Part shown: positions 28,930 to 33,640 of the stretch, one piece after another
Numbering within the stretch: the first letter of the stretch is position 1
Layout: each line of letters opens with the position of its first letter
DNA from: Chloroflexota bacterium
Lineage (GTDB): Bacteria > Chloroflexota > Dehalococcoidia > Lucifugimonadales > UBA3495
Direction of reading: 5' to 3'
NCBI GenBank assembly: GCA_022562335.1
Contig: JADFPM010000001.1
Span: 1 to 33,640, forward strand
DNA length: 33,640 bases
Translations under genes and position numbers: made by a program
The notes under the pieces: model-generated
Told to the model about the DNA's origin: nothing
Databases searched by the model: none
The model's input: the letters and a program-made list of their open reading frames with translations, nothing else

Positions 28930-29199
28930 TCACGCAGCGGTCGATTCTTGCTCTCCCTCAAGAGGCAACTGCCGATAATAAATCCCCCATTGCCCCATAA
29001 GGTCGCGCACACCAGGATGGTTCAGCGCCACCAGTTCGCGAAAAAATCCGGCCAGAGCGTGGGCGGGGACTTTAGCCGGGTCGCACACCCAACTCCGCTC
29101 GGCGGGCACCACGTAGATAAGGCCGCTCTGGTGCTCACAGGTGACCTGGATCCGGGTCATATCGGTTCCTTGGGTAACGGTCAGGCCATTATCAGCCAT
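28930..29199 (-). CDS. Hypothetical 89-aa protein with C-x-H...C...H motif
   Basis: GGAGG RBS before the ATG at 29199 (MADNGL...); protein-like composition; fills the ftsH-hflK gap. Confidence 0.7.
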   Translation of the reverse strand: MADNGLTVTQGTDMTRIQVTCEHQSGLIYVVPAERSWVCDPAKVPAHALAGFFRELVALNHPGVRDLMGQWGIYYRQLPLEGEQESTAA

Positions 29200-29570
29200 G
29201 AATAGAATCCTCCGCCAAAGCCTATCGGCCATCTTTGACAACCGGTCAACAGCGCACCACCGGCGATGATGGGCCCAATGGCATCGATGATATCAGGGGC
29301 CGCAAACAGCCGGACTTATCGCCTATTTCAAGCCGTAAAAGCCCTTCATAAAGGCCAGGGCCAGCCGGTTGCACCAGGGAGTTTAGCATAGTAACGGGAC
29401 TGCGGCCTCACCCGAAGGCGGATTCCCGAACTCCGGAACGTTTGATAATATGGTTTATCATTCCCCGAAGATGGTAGAATCTACAAGGCGAAAACGCCAG
29501 CGGCGGGCTTGATGCCCTAGCTTGATACCCTGCGCTGGCAATATGCTACAGCTAAGAGAGAGGAGTTTAC

Positions 29571-30665
29571 ATGTACCCACCGGGAGGACCCAGGCAGCCG
29601 GAGTTAGACTTCGAGCAGATCATCGCCGGACTGCGAACCAATTTTTCCAAGATCACCGGCCGCTTGGGCGGTGGCGGAGTGGGCTTGGCGGCGGTGTTGA
29701 TCATTGGACTCATCGCGGTGATCTGGGCCGCAAGCGGTGTCTACACCATCAGCCCCGGTGAGCAGGCCGCCCTGAGACTATTTGGAGCGGCGCAACAGCC
29801 GCCGGTGAGCGAAACCGGTCTCCACTGGTGGTGGCCCGGTCCCGTGGGCAAAAACGACGTGTTCTTGGTGAACCAGGTCCGCCGCATGGAATTGGGATTC
29901 CGCAGCGGCGATGGGGTTGCCGATGCCTCGGTACCCGACGAAGCGCTGATGATCAGCGGCGACTTGAACATCGTCGACGTGCGGATGGTGGTCCAGTACG
30001 ACATCGGAAACCTTATCGATTTCCTGTTCAGGGTCGATGATCCGGGCGAGCCCGACCGGAATATCCCGCCGGGCCAGCCCGATGGACTCACCCTTAAAGA
30101 TGCCTCCGAGTCCGCTCTGCGCCTGGTGGTGGGACAACGTTCCATCGGCGACGTGCTGGCGGAAAAGCGCTTACAGATCGAGACTGCAACCAAAGAAAGG
30201 CTTCAGGAAATATTGGACTCCTACAACACGGGCATCAACGTGATCAGCGTTGCCCTGCAAAACGTGCAGGCGCCCGAGGAGGTCCGGGCGGCGTTCAACG
30301 ACGTCTTGCAGGCCAGGCAGGACAAGGTAACCGCCGTCAACCAGGCCCAGGCCTACGAGAACCAGGTGGAGCCCGAGGCCAGGGGCCAAGCGGAGCAGAT
30401 AATCCAACCCGCCGCAGCTTTCAAAGAGGCGCGCATCGCCAGGGCCAAGGGTGAAGCGCTGCGGTTCACGTCGGTATTGACCGAGTACCGGAAATCCAAG
30501 GACGTGACCCGCCAACGTCTCTACCTTGAGGCCATGGAAGACATACTGCCGGTAATCACCAAGATCATCGTGTCGCCGGACGCCGAAACGGTTTTGATCC
30601 TGGGAGGCGGCGGTGGCACCAACAGATTGATCCCAGTGCCGGTCGGTCCGAGCCCACAACCTTAA
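29571..30665 (+). CDS. hflK: FtsH protease modulator HflK (SPFH domain)
   Basis: Single TM, GLHWWWP.P, VRRMELGFR, MISGD.NIVDV, PEEV.AAFNDV..A.QD and VTRQRLYLEAME. AGGAG RBS. Confidence 0.95.
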   Translation: MYPPGGPRQPELDFEQIIAGLRTNFSKITGRLGGGGVGLAAVLIIGLIAVIWAASGVYTISPGEQAALRLFGAAQQPPVSETGLHWWWPGPVGKNDVFLVNQVRRMELGFRSGDGVADASVPDEALMISGDLNIVDVRMVVQYDIGNLIDFLFRVDDPGEPDRNIPPGQPDGLTLKDASESALRLVVGQRSIGDVLAEKRLQIETATKERLQEILDSYNTGINVISVALQNVQAPEEVRAAFNDVLQARQDKVTAVNQAQAYENQVEPEARGQAEQIIQPAAAFKEARIARAKGEALRFTSVLTEYRKSKDVTRQRLYLEAMEDILPVITKIIVSPDAETVLILGGGGGTNRLIPVPVGPSPQP

Positions 30666-30696
30666 TCGTTACCTATTCGGGAATTAAGAGGCGTCA

Positions 30697-31656
30697 ATGA
30701 AAATCTTGATAGTTGTGGGCGTGATCGTAGTCATAGCCCTGATACTGGTAAACACCGGCCTTTACGTAGTGGATGAAAGGGAACAGGTCATCATCACCCG
30801 CTTCGGCCAGGTGCAAACGGTCAGCAGGTCCCCGGGCCTGTACCTCAAGATGCCCTTTGTCGATACCGCTACCAGTTACGACCGCCGGGTGCTGCGCATC
30901 GACGCTCCGCCCGAACGCATGCTGGACAAAGACATCAACATCCTTGAGATCGACGCCTACGCCCGTTACCAGATCGTCGATCCGGTGCAATTCCGCAAAA
31001 CATTGCAATCGGAAGAGAACGCCCGCCGGGTGCTGGGCCAAAGGATCAACGCGGCCCTTCGTGCCCAGGTGGCCGAGAGGAGCCGGGAGGAGATCATCGG
31101 CGGCGACGTGGAACTCGACGATGAAGGCAACCCAGTGACCGACGAAGAGGGCAACTCGCAGGTGTCGGCCACGGAAAACCGGGCCATCATGCTAAATGAA
31201 GTGCTGGCCGCCATACGGGATGAGTTGGCCGCGGAACCGGAATCATTTGGCATTGTCATGCATGACGTTCGCATCAAACGCGCCGACTTCCCCGGCGAGG
31301 TTTCCGGCCGGGTTTTCGAGCGGATGAGGTCCGACCGGGAAAAGATCGGCCGCAAGCTAAGGGCCGAGGGTGAAGAAGAGTCTCGCCGGCGCCGGGCACG
31401 GGCCGACCGGACGGTGGAGGTCATCCTGGCCCAGGCCGACCAGGAAGCCAACCGCCTCAGGGGCGAAGGGGAAGCCGAGGCCATCAAGATCCTCGCGGAA
31501 GCCCTAAACGCAGACCCTGAATTCTTCGCATTTCAACGAAGTTTGGAGGCCTACCGGTCAATATTCAACCAACGGACCACGGTCATCCTGTCTTCGGAAG
31601 CCGACATATTCAAATACTTGCAGGGACCCGGCACAGCGTTGGAGAGCGGCAACTAG
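30697..31656 (+). CDS. hflC: FtsH protease modulator HflC (SPFH domain)
   Basis: YVVDE.EQ.IITRFG, PGL.LKMPF, DVRIKRADFP, FERMRSDR, RAEGEE and DPEFFAFQRSLEAY. Confidence 0.95.
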   Translation: MKILIVVGVIVVIALILVNTGLYVVDEREQVIITRFGQVQTVSRSPGLYLKMPFVDTATSYDRRVLRIDAPPERMLDKDINILEIDAYARYQIVDPVQFRKTLQSEENARRVLGQRINAALRAQVAERSREEIIGGDVELDDEGNPVTDEEGNSQVSATENRAIMLNEVLAAIRDELAAEPESFGIVMHDVRIKRADFPGEVSGRVFERMRSDREKIGRKLRAEGEEESRRRRARADRTVEVILAQADQEANRLRGEGEAEAIKILAEALNADPEFFAFQRSLEAYRSIFNQRTTVILSSEADIFKYLQGPGTALESGN

Positions 31657-31707
31657 CGGCGGCGCCAAAACCGTCTCTGCCAAGCCGGCCAAAAAACCGG
31701 CAAACAC

Positions 31708-31738
31708 AAACCCGGCGGGCCCGTCTCCGCCGGGTTTT
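31708..31738 (+). terminator. Rho-independent terminator after hflC
   Basis: AAACCCGGCGG-8nt loop-CCGCCGGGTTTT. Confidence 0.7.
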
Positions 31739-31855
31739 AAAAGGTTGACCGCCGGTTGGTGAGGCCCGCCGTGGTGGGGCCTGCGTCCACCATCGATCCA
31801 GGGACCTCGCATCGGGAATGAAGTGATACGCCCGGGAAGCCGGGTTGGCTGTGAA

Positions 31856-33010
31856 ATGAAGATCCACGAACACCAGGCAAAAGACCTTTTCTCCAGATAC
31901 GGCATCCCCGTGCCCAAGGGCGAGGTAGCCACCACTCCGGCGGAAGCCGGCCAGGCCGTCCGGAAACTGGGCGGCCGCGCCGTGATCAAAGCCCAGGTCC
32001 ACGCCGGCGGCAGGGGTAAAGGCGGCGGGATCAAGGTGGTTCAGTCCCCGGAGGAAGCATTAGAATTCGCCGCCGGCTTGTTGGGCAAAAACTTGGTCAC
32101 TCCCCAGACCGATGCCCAGGGTGTGCCGGTCAGCCGTCTTCTGGTGGAAGAGGTCGCCGACATCTCCCGAGAGTTGTACCTGGCCATCACCGTCGACCGC
32201 GGCCGTTGTTTGCCGGCGATGTTGGTCAGCAAATCCGGCGGGATGGACATAGAGCAAGTGGCCGCCACCGATCCCGATGCCATCCATGCCGAACCCATAG
32301 ACCCCGTGTTGGGCTTCTTGCCTTACCAGGCTCGGCGGTTGGCGGACAAACTGGACCTGAAAAATGGGGCCGCCGGCATGGCGGCCCAGATCATGTCCGG
32401 GATGTACCAGCTCTTCGTCCAGCAAGACTGCTCGTTGGTGGAGATCAACCCTCTGGCCGTGACCACCGGCGGAGAACTCATCGCCGTGGATGCCAAAGTC
32501 GATTTGGAGGATGACGCCCTATTTCGGCATCCCGACGCCCAAGGACTTGCCGACCCTTCTCAAGAGAATGAGCTTGAGGCCCGGGCCGCCGCGTTGGATG
32601 TCGCCTACGTCAAGCTGGACGGAAACGTTGGCTGTTTGGTCAACGGCGCCGGCCTGGCCATGGCGACCATGGACGTGATCAGCACCGTGGGGGCGGCCCC
32701 GGCCAACTTCCTGGACGTGGGAGGTGGCGCCAGCGTGGAGAAGGTCGCCGGCGCGGTGGCGATCATACTCTCGGACCCGGATGTAGACCGCATGCTGGTA
32801 AATATATTTGGAGGCATCCTCCGTTGCGACATTGCGGCTCAGGGTATCGTTCAGGCCTATAAGAACACGGGCTCATCGCTGCCGCTTGCCGTACGCATGC
32901 TGGGGACAAATGTCGATGAGGGCAAAACCATCTTGCGAGAATCGGGCTTGGATGTGACCTTCGCCGGCACCATGCTTGAGGCTGCCGAGGCCATCTCAAA
33001 GGTCCGGTAA
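31856..33010 (+). CDS. sucC: Succinyl-CoA ligase (ADP-forming) beta subunit
   Basis: [50 protein letters not shown] and [10 protein letters not shown]. Confidence 0.97.
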   Translation: MKIHEHQAKDLFSRYGIPVPKGEVATTPAEAGQAVRKLGGRAVIKAQVHAGGRGKGGGIKVVQSPEEALEFAAGLLGKNLVTPQTDAQGVPVSRLLVEEVADISRELYLAITVDRGRCLPAMLVSKSGGMDIEQVAATDPDAIHAEPIDPVLGFLPYQARRLADKLDLKNGAAGMAAQIMSGMYQLFVQQDCSLVEINPLAVTTGGELIAVDAKVDLEDDALFRHPDAQGLADPSQENELEARAAALDVAYVKLDGNVGCLVNGAGLAMATMDVISTVGAAPANFLDVGGGASVEKVAGAVAIILSDPDVDRMLVNIFGGILRCDIAAQGIVQAYKNTGSSLPLAVRMLGTNVDEGKTILRESGLDVTFAGTMLEAAEAISKVR

Positions 33011-33117
33011 TCACAGGTTTAAATCCACTTTCAGCCTGTGGGCGTTCCAGTCAGGCCCGTTCCGCCACGCCCATCCCAGTCAATCCGCCACAAATCGATC
33101 CCGGAGATCATGCCTGC

Positions 33118-33640
33118 ATGGGCATTCTAATAGACGAGAAATCCCGCATCTTGGTTCAAGGGATCACCGGCCGCGAGGGCGGTTTCCACGCCAAAAGTTG
33201 CCTCGACTACGGCACCAATGTGGTGGCGGGGGTAACTCCCGGCAGGGGCGGCCAGGTCGTCGATGGAAACATTCCCGTGTTCGACTCGGTGGAGGAAGCG
33301 GTTGAAAAGACCGGCGCCGACGTATCTCTGATCTTCGTTCCCGCTCGAGCCGCCATGGACGCCGTGGTCGAGGCCGCCGATGCCCGGATCGCGTTGGTGG
33401 TCTGCATATCCGAGGGAATCCCCGTTCAGGATATGGTCAAACTGGACCGGTACCTGGACAACAAAGGCGTGCGGCTGATCGGACCCAATTGCCCTGGATT
33501 GATCAATCCCGCCGCCGCCTGCAAGGTGGGCATCATGCCCGGTTCCATACATCTGCCGGGCCGGACCGGAGTGGTCTCCCGCAGCGGCACCCTGACCTAT
33601 GAAGCGGTGGCTCAGCTCACCGAGTTGGGGATAGGTCAAT
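33118..33640 (+). CDS. sucD: Succinyl-CoA ligase alpha subunit (partial; runs off the window)
   Basis: Manual translation gives [24 protein letters not shown]...GVTPGRGG...IFVP...EGIPVQD...IGPNCPG...SRSGTLTYE. Not in the ORF track. Confidence 0.97.
   Translation, partial: MGILIDEKSRILVQGITGREGGFHAKSCLDYGTNVVAGVTPGRGGQVVDGNIPVFDSVEEAVEKTGADVSLIFVPARAAMDAVVEAADARIALVVCISEGIPVQDMVKLDRYLDNKGVRLIGPNCPGLINPAAACKVGIMPGSIHLPGRTGVVSRSGTLTYEAVAQLTELGIGQ

Noticed and set aside
29378..29435. Imperfect stem GGAGTT...CGGGA...TCCCG-AACTCC considered as an ncRNA
   Set aside because: Overlaps a likely minus-strand extended -10 (TGcTAAACT) for the small gene; such pairing is plausible by chance at this GC content.

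Overview
GC-rich bacterial chromosomal window of mostly housekeeping genes. Protein style suggests Chloroflexota/Dehalococcoidia (SAR202-like), which is inference only. I saw no rRNA, tRNA, CRISPR array, transposase or phage gene. Gene order: partial LivJ-like binding protein, FIST sensor, yvcK, Wzz/BY-kinase, VanZ, PGI/PMI, His-tailed MFS, ligA, a tight hypothetical-pth-metallopeptidase operon, a PhnD-like lipoprotein/histidine kinase/response regulator module, glnA, two amt genes, a rhodanese, ftsH, a small Cys/His protein, hflKC, sucC and partial sucD. The most interesting part is the nitrogen locus. Both amt promoters carry 11-bp-phased TGTTA boxes placed just upstream of a -10. There is no glnK/PII beside either amt, and GlnA lacks the adenylylation Tyr. 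An unannotated 27-aa single-TM ORF with a strong RBS appears to be the first gene of the amt-glnA transcript, behind a 4x11-bp repeat. Other leads are a BY-kinase with a Walker A K->R change, a signal-peptide-less binding protein next to FIST, a P-loop-less protein resembling BREX BrxC/DUF6079 C-termini, and a transporter-less three-component sensor.
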